A stretch of 61,297 nt of DNA from a virus (IMGVR_UViG_3300028802_000015:1-61297), one strand, 5' to 3'; positions 17,073 through 26,739 are shown, numbered from the stretch's first letter. Notes: a model not told the origin generated them from the sequence alone. Numbers and translations: made by a program.

Positions 17073-17935
17073 CCCCCGACCGGGACGCCCTCGCCCGCAT
17101 CATCCGCGCCGCCATCGACGGGTGGCCCGTAGCAGACCCAACCGTCACCGTCACTGACACGATCACAGACGCCGTCCTCGCCCACCTCGCCACCACCCAC
17201 CCACCCACCGACACAGGGCTACGGGCCGAGTGGGAGAGCCGCCTGGCCGACTTGCTCGCGAAGCGCCGCACACACGGGCAGGTGTTCATGGGCGGCGAGC
17301 ATCACCCGATGCCCTCCGAGGTCAAGGATGCCCGGGAGTTCATCGGCGCGCTGTTGGCCGCCCTCGCCGCCCCCCACCCCGGGCCCGACCAGGCAGACGG
17401 GGGCAGGTGGGCCGTCTCCGACGCAGCGAACCGGCTGCTCACCGCACTAGCCGACTGCGTCCGGCAAGCCACCGACTACGGCGAACAGGACGGCGGCTTC
17501 GTCGCCTTCTACCTGCTCCCGACCGGGCCGATCCACCGCGCGATCCCGCTGCTGCAGGAGTACGGCATGACCGTCCGACCGCACACCGCCCCCGACCCCG
17601 GGCCCGACCAGGCAGACGACTGCCACTGCGACCGAACCGAGGCCGCGCTCGTCGTCTGCCCCGTCCACCCCGAGCGCATGGAGGCGTGGCTCGCAGCCAT
17701 CGAGGCACGGCGCGCCGACCCCGAGTTCATGGCCAGCATCCAGGCAAGCATCGCCCGCCACAAGCCGATCCTCGACCGACTAGCCGAGGACGACGGCCCC
17801 GCCCCCGACCCCGGGCCCGACCAGGCAGACGCACAGCGCGGGCGGCTCCGCGCGTGCAACTGCAAGGGGTGTGCCGAGCAACTAGCCGAGATGGACGCCC
17901 CCGCCCGTGACCGGGCCGACGGGGGGACGACATGA
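17069..17935 (+). CDS. Mosaic hypothetical protein with three PGPDQAD linkers
   Basis: GTGA overlap; internal 24-bp direct repeats. Confidence 0.75.
   Translation: MTPDRDALARIIRAAIDGWPVADPTVTVTDTITDAVLAHLATTHPPTDTGLRAEWESRLADLLAKRRTHGQVFMGGEHHPMPSEVKDAREFIGALLAALAAPHPGPDQADGGRWAVSDAANRLLTALADCVRQATDYGEQDGGFVAFYLLPTGPIHRAIPLLQEYGMTVRPHTAPDPGPDQADDCHCDRTEAALVVCPVHPERMEAWLAAIEARRADPEFMASIQASIARHKPILDRLAEDDGPAPDPGPDQADAQRGRLRACNCKGCAEQLAEMDAPARDRADGGTT
17376..17831 (+). repeat. Three 24-bp direct repeats ACCCCGGGCCCGACCAGGCAGACG (17376, 17595, 17808)
   Basis: Read directly. Confidence 0.9.
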
Positions 17936-18258
17936 GCATCGACGAACGCAAACCGGGCGAAGCGTGGTGTCACGACTGCCCAGATCACGAGGCGTGCGCT
18001 ACCGGCTGGCGCTGTGATGACGTGAAAGAGATCAACGACCACGCCCGTGATCTCGTCGCCGACCTCGCCCAACGCGACGCCACCATCGCCGCCGTGCGGG
18101 CGCTGCACCGTCCGTCGCTGTTCCCGAAGCATGGTGGCCCGTTCCACGGCAAGACGATCTGTGTCGAGTGCAGCAATAAAGGGTGGGCCGAGGGTGACCA
18201 GCCTGGCGAGGTCTACCCCTGTCCCACCATTCGTGCCCTCGACGGGGGCGACCAGTGA
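17932..18258 (+). CDS. Hypothetical Cys-rich protein
   Basis: VRALH..CVEC...YPCPTIRALD, a common actinophage pattern. Confidence 0.8.
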   Translation: MSIDERKPGEAWCHDCPDHEACATGWRCDDVKEINDHARDLVADLAQRDATIAAVRALHRPSLFPKHGGPFHGKTICVECSNKGWAEGDQPGEVYPCPTIRALDGGDQ

Positions 18259-18440
18259 GCACCTGCCCGTACTGCCACGGCACCGATGTGGCTCACACCA
18301 CCAAGGGCGACGGGTTCTGCCTCGACTGTGAGCGCACCTGGATCACCAAGGGGCAGCGGCGGGTGGTGGCGGCACAGCGGCGCATGGACTGGTTCGACCG
18401 GCTCAACGACCCCGCCCCCAGGGACGGGAAGCAGCAGTGA
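18255..18440 (+). CDS. Small Zn-ribbon protein
   Basis: CPYC..CLDC. Confidence 0.7.
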   Translation: MSTCPYCHGTDVAHTTKGDGFCLDCERTWITKGQRRVVAAQRRMDWFDRLNDPAPRDGKQQ

Positions 18441-18625
18441 CCCGGTACTCACAGTGGTGCATCGAGGACCACGTGCTCTGCTGCCTGTGCTTCGGGTGCT
18501 TCCCGCTGACCGCACTGTGGCGCGACCCGGACGGGATGCTCACCGACGTGTGCGTGCCCTGCCAGACCAACGAGGCGTACGCGATGAACCGGCGCTACGA
18601 CAACCCGTCGCCCCAGCGCCACTGA
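18437..18625 (+). CDS. Small Cys-rich protein
   Basis: CCLC..CVPC; GTGA overlap. Confidence 0.65.
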   Translation: MTRYSQWCIEDHVLCCLCFGCFPLTALWRDPDGMLTDVCVPCQTNEAYAMNRRYDNPSPQRH

Positions 18626-18846
18626 CGGCCGGTCCGTTCGTTCTCCGCCCGGGTCCAGGCCATGACCCGCTTGTGGGAGTGCAGGCTCAGCGCCATAGCG
18701 GCGTCGAGCCTGCCCTCCTGCCGGGCCCGGAAGTAGGTCCGCTGCCACTCGGCGGCGAGTTCCTTGTCCACCTCGTCCCGCACACCGGAGAGCCACATCA
18801 GGCGCTCGATCGCGTCGCGCGGGGCGTCGGAGAAGTCGCATAGCAT
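18595..18846 (-). CDS. Hypothetical protein; lone reverse-strand gene in the plus arm
   Basis: 83-aa helical ORF filling the gap between plus-strand genes. Confidence 0.65.
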   Translation of the reverse strand: MLCDFSDAPRDAIERLMWLSGVRDEVDKELAAEWQRTYFRARQEGRLDAAMALSLHSHKRVMAWTRAENERTGRQWRWGDGLS

Positions 18847-18931
18847 GTTCGACAGCCTACCCCCAACTGGACTAGGATGGGCTATGAAAGGTGAGGCTGA
18901 GGTTTGTGTCCGACCCCCCAGGCACCCTCGG

Positions 18932-18944
18932 TTTAGTCACTAAA
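18932..18944. promoter_or_regulatory. 13-bp palindrome TTTAGTCACTAAA (copy 16)
   Basis: Read directly. Confidence 0.9.
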
Positions 18945-18967
18945 CGGCCACCCCAAGGGAGCAACCA

Positions 18968-19600
18968 GTGGGACTCACTGCCAAGCAGATCAAGCGCCTC
19001 ATCACCCCGGTCCGGCAGAGCCGGGTCGAGAAGAAGCAAGGCAACACCTACGTCCCAGCCCACGAGGTCCGGGCCGAACTGTCCCGCATCTTCGGCCCCG
19101 GCAACTGGGACTCGACCGTCCATGACGTGCAACTGGTCTACGAGACCTCGTTCGAGAACGCAGAGAGGGGCAACAAGACCTACTGGACCGTGTGCTACCG
19201 GGCGGCGTGCACCCTGCGGATCAGGGACTACGAGGGCAACGTGGTCGCCGAGTTCACCGAGTACCACGCCGAGGAGAACGCACCCCAGCCCAACCGCGGT
19301 GAGGCGCACGCGCTGGCGCTGACCAGCGTCGAGTCCTACGCGCTGCGCCGGGCCGCGATCGGCCTCGGAGACGCGTTCGGGCTGCACCTCTACGCCGACG
19401 GGTCGCTGGCCCCCCTGGTCCGCGGCACCCTGATGATGGAGGAGGTGTTCGGTGAGGCCCCGCCAGCGCCGTCACAGGCCGCGCTGACGCCCGAGCAGCA
19501 GGCGGTGCTGGAGAACAGCCTGGGAGCCAGGGTCATCAGCGACGAGCCCACCCAGGCCCCCGAGACGGCCACCCCTGAGCCCGCGGAGGCGACGGCATGA
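18968..19600 (+). CDS. Rad52/Rad22-family (Sak-like) single-strand annealing protein
   Basis: TYVPAHEVRAELSRIFGPGNW...SYALRRAAIGLGDAFGLHLY. Confidence 0.85.
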   Translation: MGLTAKQIKRLITPVRQSRVEKKQGNTYVPAHEVRAELSRIFGPGNWDSTVHDVQLVYETSFENAERGNKTYWTVCYRAACTLRIRDYEGNVVAEFTEYHAEENAPQPNRGEAHALALTSVESYALRRAAIGLGDAFGLHLYADGSLAPLVRGTLMMEEVFGEAPPAPSQAALTPEQQAVLENSLGARVISDEPTQAPETATPEPAEATA

Positions 19601-19908
19601 ACGACGGACTGCCCACCACCCCACCCGACCTGCCCCCGACCATGTTGGAGCCCGTCGGCGAACTCGACTTCGGCGAGCAGGAACTCACCGGCATGTCGAT
19701 GGGCGACGACTACGTGCGCCGGACCATCGCAGTCGAGCAGGCCCGCAAGATCCTCACCGGCCCCGGCAAGTTGTTCGCCCCGGACGCGATCCCCGACGTG
19801 GGGTCGCTGATCGTCCTGGCCGACTGGCTGCTCGGGATCGAGGACGAGCCGGACACCGTGGAGATCACCAACATGACGGGCGAGGTCATCACCCGGGTGG
19901 AGAAGTGA
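19597..19908 (+). CDS. Hypothetical protein
   Basis: ATGA overlap. Confidence 0.75.
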   Translation: MNDGLPTTPPDLPPTMLEPVGELDFGEQELTGMSMGDDYVRRTIAVEQARKILTGPGKLFAPDAIPDVGSLIVLADWLLGIEDEPDTVEITNMTGEVITRVEK

Positions 19909-20078
19909 TCCGCCGGGAGGACGTGGCGGACCGGCTCCGCAACGACATGGCCTCCACGCTGCGCGACTACGGGATCGACCCGCGCAAGCGGGAGCACATC
20001 GGCCCCGGCCTGGTGGAGGCGCTGGTCGAGGACGCGATGCACCAGGTGGACAAGGCGCTGGAAGGGAACGTGGCGTGA
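19905..20078 (+). CDS. Small hypothetical protein (57 aa)
   Basis: Translated by hand; GTGA overlaps at both ends. Confidence 0.65.
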   Translation: MIRREDVADRLRNDMASTLRDYGIDPRKREHIGPGLVEALVEDAMHQVDKALEGNVA

Positions 20079-21013
20079 CCCCGCAGGAGCAGAGCCTCGC
20101 CGACGACATTTACGAGGCGATCATGCGCTCGTCGCTGGACTCGGCCCGCAGCCAGCAGAGCAAAGAGTTCCGGGTCGGCCTGTCCGACCTGGGTTACTGC
20201 TCCGAGCGGACCCGCCGGATGCTGGACCAGCAGGTGCCGGAGGACACCGACGTGCTGGCCGCGTTCATCGGGACCGCGCTGGGCGACCACATCGAAGCGG
20301 CGTGCATGGCGATCTGGCCGGACGCGCTGCGTCAGCAGGCCGTGACCTGCGTGCTGCACGGTGACCAGGGCGACTACAACGTGGACGGGCACCCCGACCT
20401 GGTGCGCCCCTCCGGGCTGGTCATCGACTTCAAGTCGGCCCGCGGGTTGGAGATCGTGTCCCGCAAGGGGCCGGACCCGCAGCAGCAGTTCCAGCGCCAC
20501 TGCTACGCCAAGGGGTGCTTCGAGTGCGGGCTGTTCGATGACGGCGTGACCCTGGACGACGTGTGGGTGGCGAACGTCTGGGTGGACCGGGCCGCGGACG
20601 ACAAGCGGCTGCACGTGAACATGGAGAAGTACGACCCGCTGGTCGTGGAGGACGCCGCCCGCTGGCTGGACGACGTGATCTACGCCTACATCAACCAGCA
20701 GGAAGCGAGGAAGGAACCGCCGCGGGAGGTCTGCTACGCCACCTGCGGCTACTACGGCACGTGCCGGGCGATGGACACCGACGTGACCGGGCTGCTGACC
20801 GACCCGACCGTGGTGACCGCCGCGGAAATCTACCGGGAGGGCCTGGCCCTGGTCAGCGCGGGCAACCGGCTCAAGGACCAGGGGCACGCGAACCTGGCCG
20901 GGGTCAGCGGGAGCACCGGGAAGTTCTCGATCCGGTGGGTGCACGTCAACGGCTCCCGGGTGGAGTACGACCGCAAGCCCTACGAGCGGCTCGACGTGAA
21001 GGAGGTGAAGTGA
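20075..21013 (+). CDS. Cas4-like PD-(D/E)XK exonuclease
   Basis: SDLGYC; GHPD..VIDFKS; C-terminal CYATCGYYGTC (candidate Fe-S cysteines). Confidence 0.85.
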   Translation: MTPQEQSLADDIYEAIMRSSLDSARSQQSKEFRVGLSDLGYCSERTRRMLDQQVPEDTDVLAAFIGTALGDHIEAACMAIWPDALRQQAVTCVLHGDQGDYNVDGHPDLVRPSGLVIDFKSARGLEIVSRKGPDPQQQFQRHCYAKGCFECGLFDDGVTLDDVWVANVWVDRAADDKRLHVNMEKYDPLVVEDAARWLDDVIYAYINQQEARKEPPREVCYATCGYYGTCRAMDTDVTGLLTDPTVVTAAEIYREGLALVSAGNRLKDQGHANLAGVSGSTGKFSIRWVHVNGSRVEYDRKPYERLDVKEVK

Positions 21014-21180
21014 ACGACGCCGCGGTCTGCCCGGAGTGCAGGCAGGGCAAGCACCTCAACTGCGACGGGACCGCATGGAACAACACGACGGACCAGCCAG
21101 TCGCCTGTGACTGCTGGAAGATCGAACACGACACATGGATCGGAGCACCGGATGAACGACCACAAGGTCCGCAAGGCTGA
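21010..21180 (+). CDS. Small Cys-rich protein
   Basis: CPEC.QGKH.NC...CDC. Confidence 0.65.
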   Translation: MNDAAVCPECRQGKHLNCDGTAWNNTTDQPVACDCWKIEHDTWIGAPDERPQGPQG

Positions 21181-21502
21181 CCTGATCGCGCGGATCAAAG
21201 AGAACCGGGACAACCACCGGCAGCAGTTCGACACGGCGCAGCAGGTCTACCGGCAGCGGGTGATCGAGGAACTCGACCGCCGCCTGGACGACGCCAAGAA
21301 CGGCCGGAAGATCGACCTGTACTTCCGGATGCCGGAACCGCAACTGTTCCTCAGCGAGTACGACGCCGCGCTTGAGGCGTTGGAGTGGGAGATTGACGAC
21401 GAGATCGTCATCGACCACGACTCGTTCCGGCAGTTGGTCCTCAACCAGTGGCACTGGGCGCAGCAGTTCGCCGCCTCCACCGGTGTCTACCTGGCCGAAT
21501 GA
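21152..21502 (+). CDS. Hypothetical protein
   Basis: GATCGGAGCACC RBS then ATG. Confidence 0.8.
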   Translation: MNDHKVRKADLIARIKENRDNHRQQFDTAQQVYRQRVIEELDRRLDDAKNGRKIDLYFRMPEPQLFLSEYDAALEALEWEIDDEIVIDHDSFRQLVLNQWHWAQQFAASTGVYLAE

Positions 21503-21654
21503 CCACCGGCGAGGCGTGCCGGGTATGCGGCCACGAGTTCGGCCTCCACGGGCTGTACTGGTGCAACGGCTCCCGCATGTCTGGCGGGCCCAGTGGCATC
21601 CGCCAGACCTGCTCCTGCCCGGGGTTCACCACCGAGAAGCCGAAGCGCCGATGA
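21499..21654 (+). CDS. Small Cys/His-rich protein
   Basis: CRVCGH...H...C...CSCPGF. Confidence 0.65.
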   Translation: MTTGEACRVCGHEFGLHGLYWCNGSRMSGGPSGIRQTCSCPGFTTEKPKRR

Positions 21655-21959
21655 GCGCCCACCACGCGCTGATCATCAACCCGCTCGGGCTGTTGGAGAT
21701 CCTGCACTCCGACCTCCCGATCGACCTGCACTCGTACCTGTCCGGTGACCAGCACAAGGTCACCTCGCTGGCGATGACCTTGGAGGACGGAGGCCAGGTC
21801 ACCGCCCACTACGTCGCTGACCCCACCGGGCAGGCGAACCCCAGGGCCCGGGAAGTCCTGGCGAGTCTTGCCGGGGTCCATGTCTACCTCACAGGTAGCG
21901 TCGGGTTCACCGGGCTCACCCAGGAACACCTGATGCGGATCATCGGTGAGGTGGGCTGA
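21651..21959 (+). CDS. Hypothetical protein
   Basis: ATGA overlap. Confidence 0.7.
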   Translation: MSAHHALIINPLGLLEILHSDLPIDLHSYLSGDQHKVTSLAMTLEDGGQVTAHYVADPTGQANPRAREVLASLAGVHVYLTGSVGFTGLTQEHLMRIIGEVG

Positions 21960-21961
21960 GA

Positions 21962-21974
21962 TTTAGTCACTAAA
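21962..21974. promoter_or_regulatory. 13-bp palindrome TTTAGTCACTAAA (copy 17)
   Basis: Read directly. Confidence 0.9.
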
Positions 21975-21984
21975 CGGAGCAGCC

Positions 21985-22308
21985 GTGATCCACAAGACCA
22001 GGGTCGTGCAGGTCGGGGTCGAGTGGGCCGGGCGCTGCTCCTGCAAAGCCCGCGGTGAAGCAGGCTCACTGCGGAGCGAAGCAGAGGACTGGGGTGCCTG
22101 GCACCTCCGCGAAGTGCAGCGTGCGCGAGCGCACCTGTCAGGCCGGGCCCCCAGCCTCCGCGACCAGTACGACTACTACCGGCGGATGCAGGACGACCCT
22201 GACACCCCACCCGGTGACCGCGCCCAGTGGAAGGTGCTCGCCGACGGGCTTGAGCACCGGTTGGGCCTGACCGAGACCACCCCCAGCATGTTCGAGGAGA
22301 CCGGATGA
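21985..22308 (+). CDS. Hypothetical protein
   Basis: GGAGCAGCC-GTG. Confidence 0.75.
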   Translation: MIHKTRVVQVGVEWAGRCSCKARGEAGSLRSEAEDWGAWHLREVQRARAHLSGRAPSLRDQYDYYRRMQDDPDTPPGDRAQWKVLADGLEHRLGLTETTPSMFEETG

Positions 22309-22604
22309 GGCTGCCGTACGCCGCGAAGCAACTGATGAGAGAGGTCGCCCACATCGATGAGGGTGCGCTGAGCACCCCGGTGGTGCGGCCGGACGGACTC
22401 GGCGTGTGGCGGTCAATCGCGTTCGACGTGGAGACCTCGGCGTGGCTGGAACCGGCGCTGCGGGCCTGCGCGGACGAACGGATCGTTTCCCTGGTGCTGG
22501 ACGAGGACAGGCTGATCGTGACCTTCCGGCCCGATATCAGCGCGGACGAGACCTACCCGTTCGGGGTGCGCGCCGCGGACGACGTACTCAGGGGAGACGA
22601 CTGA
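22305..22604 (+). CDS. Hypothetical protein; last clear gene of the plus arm
   Basis: ATGA overlap, GAGGAG RBS. Confidence 0.75.
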   Translation: MRLPYAAKQLMREVAHIDEGALSTPVVRPDGLGVWRSIAFDVETSAWLEPALRACADERIVSLVLDEDRLIVTFRPDISADETYPFGVRAADDVLRGDD

Positions 22605-22673
22605 GCCACCTGGCGGTGATCCTGGGGATTGTCGGGGGGACTGTCGCTTCCGGCTGGGTGATCGGCTGGCTGC

Positions 22674-23606
22674 TCAGTACACCCAGGCGAAACAGGTCCC
22701 GACGACCGTCTGACCCGCCCAAGCGGCCCCGTCGGTGAGGTGCCACACCTTGCCCTTGATCGTGGCCCCGGACACGAACGGGACGACGCTCATCGCCAGG
22801 GTGGTCACCTCTTGGAACTCGACGCTGATGATCCCGGCCCGCCCGGACAGGTCGGTGGAGTTCAGCAGGGTGACCTCGCCGCTGCCGTCGCTGGTCGCGC
22901 TGAACTGCTTGACCATGTAGGTCAACCGCTGGTCGGTCCACGGCCCGGACAGCCGCAGCAGTTCGTTGCCGCCGGGGCCCGGGATGAGCATCTGGTCGTA
23001 CTTGTCCTTGACCGGCAGCCAGTCGGAGCCGTCCCAGTAGTCCACCTGCCCGGGGGCGGACTCCAACGTGGACAGCGTGTTGAGTTCCGGCGGCAGGCTG
23101 GTGGCGTCCCGGTCGGCGGTGTTGACGAAGTGCCGGGTCATCCGGTTCATCCCGGCCTGGGTCAGCCCGACCCCGCCGGTGTCGCCGACCACGAACCGGG
23201 AGGTGTCGCCGACCACCCCGAGCGGGGCACCCGCGGACCCGTCGCCGAGCATCGTCAGGTCGTGGGTGACCGCCCCGGTGGGTGCGGTCACCGGGTCCTG
23301 CGCGACCCACTGCTGCAACGAGGTGTTCCAGCCGAGGACCTGCCCGCCGTTGGGTGTGGTCGCGGACACGTCCGGCAGGTCCGACAGGGTGGCCGTCTCC
23401 GCGTAGTCCACCCGCAGCGTCCACGGGTCCTCGGTGGTGCCGCTGCCGCCCAGGGACAAGTCGAACGGGGTGGTGTCGTCCACTTCCAGCGACAGGTCGG
23501 AGGTGATGACGAACGGGTCGGCCGCCGAGCCTGAGCCGGAGACGGTGATGTTCGCGCCCGCGACGACCTTGCAGGAGCAGGAGGCACCTCCACAACAGGC
23601 TGGCAT
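22674..23606 (-). CDS. Minor tail / fibre-associated protein with Cys-rich N-terminus
   Basis: End of tail operon; CCGGASCSC..GSGSAADPF repeat. Confidence 0.7.
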   Translation of the reverse strand: MPACCGGASCSCKVVAGANITVSGSGSAADPFVITSDLSLEVDDTTPFDLSLGGSGTTEDPWTLRVDYAETATLSDLPDVSATTPNGGQVLGWNTSLQQWVAQDPVTAPTGAVTHDLTMLGDGSAGAPLGVVGDTSRFVVGDTGGVGLTQAGMNRMTRHFVNTADRDATSLPPELNTLSTLESAPGQVDYWDGSDWLPVKDKYDQMLIPGPGGNELLRLSGPWTDQRLTYMVKQFSATSDGSGEVTLLNSTDLSGRAGIISVEFQEVTTLAMSVVPFVSGATIKGKVWHLTDGAAWAGQTVVGTCFAWVY

Positions 23607-23616
23607 CTGTGCTCCT

Positions 23617-24558
23617 CTACGTCTTGATGATCTTGTTGAAGGCGATCCAGGGTGGCATGTTCGCGTCCGTCCCGCTGGTCCCCGCGGAGGTGGCGTCCGT
23701 CACCGAGGTGTGGTTATGGGAGAACGCCGACGCCGTATTGGTGGTGAAGCCGTGCTCGTGAGTGATGCTGTGCCCGCTCGTACCGAACGTGTGGGAGTGG
23801 AGCGCGCCCTGCGTGCCGGTGTGCCCGGTGCCCCCGGTGTCACCGGGCGACCCGGTGATCTGGCCCACGTCGGTGACTCGGGTGCCGGTGCCGGACGCCC
23901 CGGTGGCCCACCGCACGTTGACGCCGTGGTCGTGGGTCTGACCCTCGTTGTTGGTGGTGCCGCTGTGGGAGTGGTCCCGGTTCGCGCTGGCGGTGGTGCC
24001 GCTGTGGTTGTGGTCCACACCACCGGCGTTGATGACGTGGCTGTGGCTGTGGCTGTGGGTGACGGCGATGGCGTCCTGCGACCCGCCCTTGGCGGCGAGC
24101 ACCCGGTTGCTCTGCCCGGCGCTCTGCCCAGCACCGACGGTGACCCGGCTGCGGGCGTCCGGCACGTTGAACGTGTTCACGCCGTCGCCGACGCCGTACT
24201 TGGTCTGGATCACCTCGAACAGTCGGGAGAACTCGACCCGGGCCACGGCCTGCCCGTTGCACATCAGCCACCCGATCGGCGGCGTGTCCCCAGCGAAGTC
24301 GGTGACCGTCCCCGCAGGGACGCTGCCGCCGCCAGTGGGCTCGGTCGCCAGGTCCGCGCCCAGCAGGTACGGGCTGTCCTCGGTGCCCTCGCCGGTGAGC
24401 ACCATGTCGATCGACACCGAGTCCCGCACGGTGAGCACCGTGGGGATGCCAGACACCTTGTACGGGGCAGCGGTCGTGCCGACCCCGGTGATCTTGATGT
24501 TGTCGCCCGGGATGACCTTGCACGAGCACGTCTGGTTGGAGCATCCGCAACGAGCCAT
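23617..24558 (-). CDS. Tail fibre protein with tail-collar domain and HxH repeats
   Basis: GWLMCNGQAVARVEFSRLFEVI..YGVGDGVNTFNVPD; HSH/HNH/HDH repeats; start set at MARCGC. Confidence 0.85.
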   Translation of the reverse strand: MARCGCSNQTCSCKVIPGDNIKITGVGTTAAPYKVSGIPTVLTVRDSVSIDMVLTGEGTEDSPYLLGADLATEPTGGGSVPAGTVTDFAGDTPPIGWLMCNGQAVARVEFSRLFEVIQTKYGVGDGVNTFNVPDARSRVTVGAGQSAGQSNRVLAAKGGSQDAIAVTHSHSHSHVINAGGVDHNHSGTTASANRDHSHSGTTNNEGQTHDHGVNVRWATGASGTGTRVTDVGQITGSPGDTGGTGHTGTQGALHSHTFGTSGHSITHEHGFTTNTASAFSHNHTSVTDATSAGTSGTDANMPPWIAFNKIIKT

Positions 24559-24559
24559 G

Positions 24560-25804
24560 TCACAACTCCGCGGAGAAATCGACGTAGGTCGGGTTGGCAC
24601 CGGTGCGGCACAGCACCGCCGGGTGGCCGACGGTCATGGTCGAGGTGGTCGTGGTGACCTCCACCGTCACCAGGTCCAGCCCGACCGTCGTCTGCGTGAT
24701 CGACTGGACGGCGTACGTCCCGCCCGGGGTCCGCACCGTGTAGTTGCCGAGCGTCGGGTCGAAGGCCACCCCGACCCCGATCCCGTCCGGACGCAGCGAC
24801 GGGGCAAGCGCGAAGTCCACCTGCGCCTTGTTGGTGGCGCTGACGTACCCGGAGTTCGACAGGTGGTGCATCGAGGAGTTCGGGTCGTTGTTGTACTTCC
24901 GGTGGAACCAGCGGCGGCACTGCTGCAACACGTCCACCGGGTGCAGCCGCTCGTAGGTCGTCGCCTTCGCGCCCGCCTCCAACTGGATATCCGTGAGCCG
25001 GAACGTGGCGTTCTGGATGCCGATGCCGGAGGACCTGACCGCGTACGTCGTCCCGGCCGAGAGCCAGAAGTAGAGTTGCAGGAAGTCGTTGTGGTCCGAC
25101 CCCATCGCCCCCGAGCCCTTCCCGGCGATGCTCGGCAGGGTGAACGAGATTTCGTACGACTGCCACACGGGGCTGAGTTGGATCGCGCCCGGCGAGGTGT
25201 AGTAGGCGTAGGTGCCACCGGTGCCGGTGCCGAGGTGCTGCATCAGTTCGATGCCGACCTTCGCGCTGTCCGGGCTCTGCCCCAGGAACGACAGGGTGCA
25301 GACCCGCCCGGCCAGGGTCCGGGCGCTGGCGATCCGCTGTAGCCAGGTGGCGGTGCTGCCCACGCCGCTGAGCCCTGCGGTGACCAGTTGCGCGTAGTAC
25401 GGAGCGCCGTTCATCCCGGCGTCCACACCGAGCCCGGCCTCCGGGCGGCTGAGCGTGACCGTCCCCCCGGACGCGGACTTCATCCACCGGTCAATGTCGC
25501 CACCGGCGGCCCCCATCAGCCCGCGCTGGTACACGGACATGTCGCCGTTTTCCAGCACGTTGCGAGAGCCGAACGAGGTGGTGGGGACGGCGGCCAGGTC
25601 GGCGGTCAGCCGGTACGGCAGGGTCTCGGACCCGTCGCCCACCAGGGTCAGGTCGATGCTGGGGGTGTCCTGCGTGGTCAGTTTCGCCATGCGGGAATGG
25701 ACCTGGTACGGGTCAGTCTCGCTGCCCGAACCGGAGACCTCGGTGTTGTTGCCCGGGAGGATCACACAGGTGCAGACGTTGCCTGCGCATCCGCACCGTG
25801 CCAT
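24560..25804 (-). CDS. Tail fibre / receptor-binding protein (carbohydrate-binding-like)
   Basis: SRNVLENGD..QRG; QLEAGAKATTYE; paralogous to 28143..29270. Confidence 0.75.
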   Translation of the reverse strand: MARCGCAGNVCTCVILPGNNTEVSGSGSETDPYQVHSRMAKLTTQDTPSIDLTLVGDGSETLPYRLTADLAAVPTTSFGSRNVLENGDMSVYQRGLMGAAGGDIDRWMKSASGGTVTLSRPEAGLGVDAGMNGAPYYAQLVTAGLSGVGSTATWLQRIASARTLAGRVCTLSFLGQSPDSAKVGIELMQHLGTGTGGTYAYYTSPGAIQLSPVWQSYEISFTLPSIAGKGSGAMGSDHNDFLQLYFWLSAGTTYAVRSSGIGIQNATFRLTDIQLEAGAKATTYERLHPVDVLQQCRRWFHRKYNNDPNSSMHHLSNSGYVSATNKAQVDFALAPSLRPDGIGVGVAFDPTLGNYTVRTPGGTYAVQSITQTTVGLDLVTVEVTTTTSTMTVGHPAVLCRTGANPTYVDFSAEL

Positions 25805-25848
25805 GCGCTTCCTCCTACGGGTTCACACCGCCTGTGGCTCCGACCTCG

Positions 25849-25861
25849 TTTAGTGACTAAA
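25849..25861. promoter_or_regulatory. 13-bp palindrome TTTAGTGACTAAA (copy 18)
   Basis: Read directly. Confidence 0.9.
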
Positions 25862-25896
25862 CGGACCGGCCGTCCTACGCAGGGCCACCATAGCCC

Positions 25897-26739
25897 CTAC
25901 GCTTCGGCGAGGTAGTTCATGTTGGCAAGCGAGAAGTAACCAGCGACACCGGTCTGGAACATCACCGACCCGTCGAGCCGGACCCGGATCTCCGAGTAGT
26001 ACGGGGCACCGGCCAGCGGTGAGGTGCCCGCGGTGAGGATCTCGTTGACCGCGGGCCGGAACCCGACCGGCATCGTGAACACCGCCACAGTGGTCGAGAC
26101 GGTGCCGCTGGCCGCGAGCCCGTTGCCGACGACCATGCCGTTGATCTTGCGCCACCGCATCGGGCCGTACGGCGCGGCGTAGTGCAGCCAACCGTTCGCC
26201 AGGGCGGGCTGAACCCAGGGCGTCATCGAGATGCCGTTGGCCCACTGGATCGTCTCCGGTGTCTCCGTGCTGTTCCGGGTGGCGATGGGCAGCCAGTCGT
26301 ACGGGACCACGAAGTCGCTCGTGTACTGCACGATCCGGAAGTTCGCGGGCAGCGACGCCTCGCTCGACCCCAACGGCAGGATGTAGTAGAGCGCGTCCCA
26401 GGCGTTGAAGTTGATCCCGGCCGAGGTGACCGTCACGCTGGACGGCGCGGTGTCCCCGACCCGCGGGATGACCGTGCCGACCGGCGGCATGACGATAGAG
26501 AAGTGCCCGTTGGTCGCGGTCGTCGCACCCCGGCCCGCGCCCATGACGAGGAACCGCAGGGACCACTTGATGTTGTAACCGCTGTCCACCGACAGCACGC
26601 CGCCGCCTGAGATCAGCGACTTGGCGTTGCTCATGTAGTCGCGCTTCGGCTGGGCAGCCGCGGCAGCAACGACAGCAGCGAGGTCCGCCTCGGTCGTCGC
26701 TGGCAGCGTGACGATCGAAGGGACAGCGGTCAGGCCCAT
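25897..26739 (-). CDS. Minor tail protein
   Basis: C-terminal LANGW..RWRKINGMV..FTMPVGFRP fibre-tip pattern; start set at MGLTAV. Confidence 0.75.
   Translation of the reverse strand: MGLTAVPSIVTLPATTEADLAAVVAAAAAQPKRDYMSNAKSLISGGGVLSVDSGYNIKWSLRFLVMGAGRGATTATNGHFSIVMPPVGTVIPRVGDTAPSSVTVTSAGINFNAWDALYYILPLGSSEASLPANFRIVQYTSDFVVPYDWLPIATRNSTETPETIQWANGISMTPWVQPALANGWLHYAAPYGPMRWRKINGMVVGNGLAASGTVSTTVAVFTMPVGFRPAVNEILTAGTSPLAGAPYYSEIRVRLDGSVMFQTGVAGYFSLANMNYLAEA

Noticed and set aside
17376-17831. Three 24-bp repeats as a mini-CRISPR
   Set aside because: Intervening segments are about 190-195 nt, in frame and protein-coding
20075-21013. Cas4-like gene as evidence of CRISPR-Cas
   Set aside because: Stand-alone phage exonuclease near an annealase; no cas1/cas2 or array
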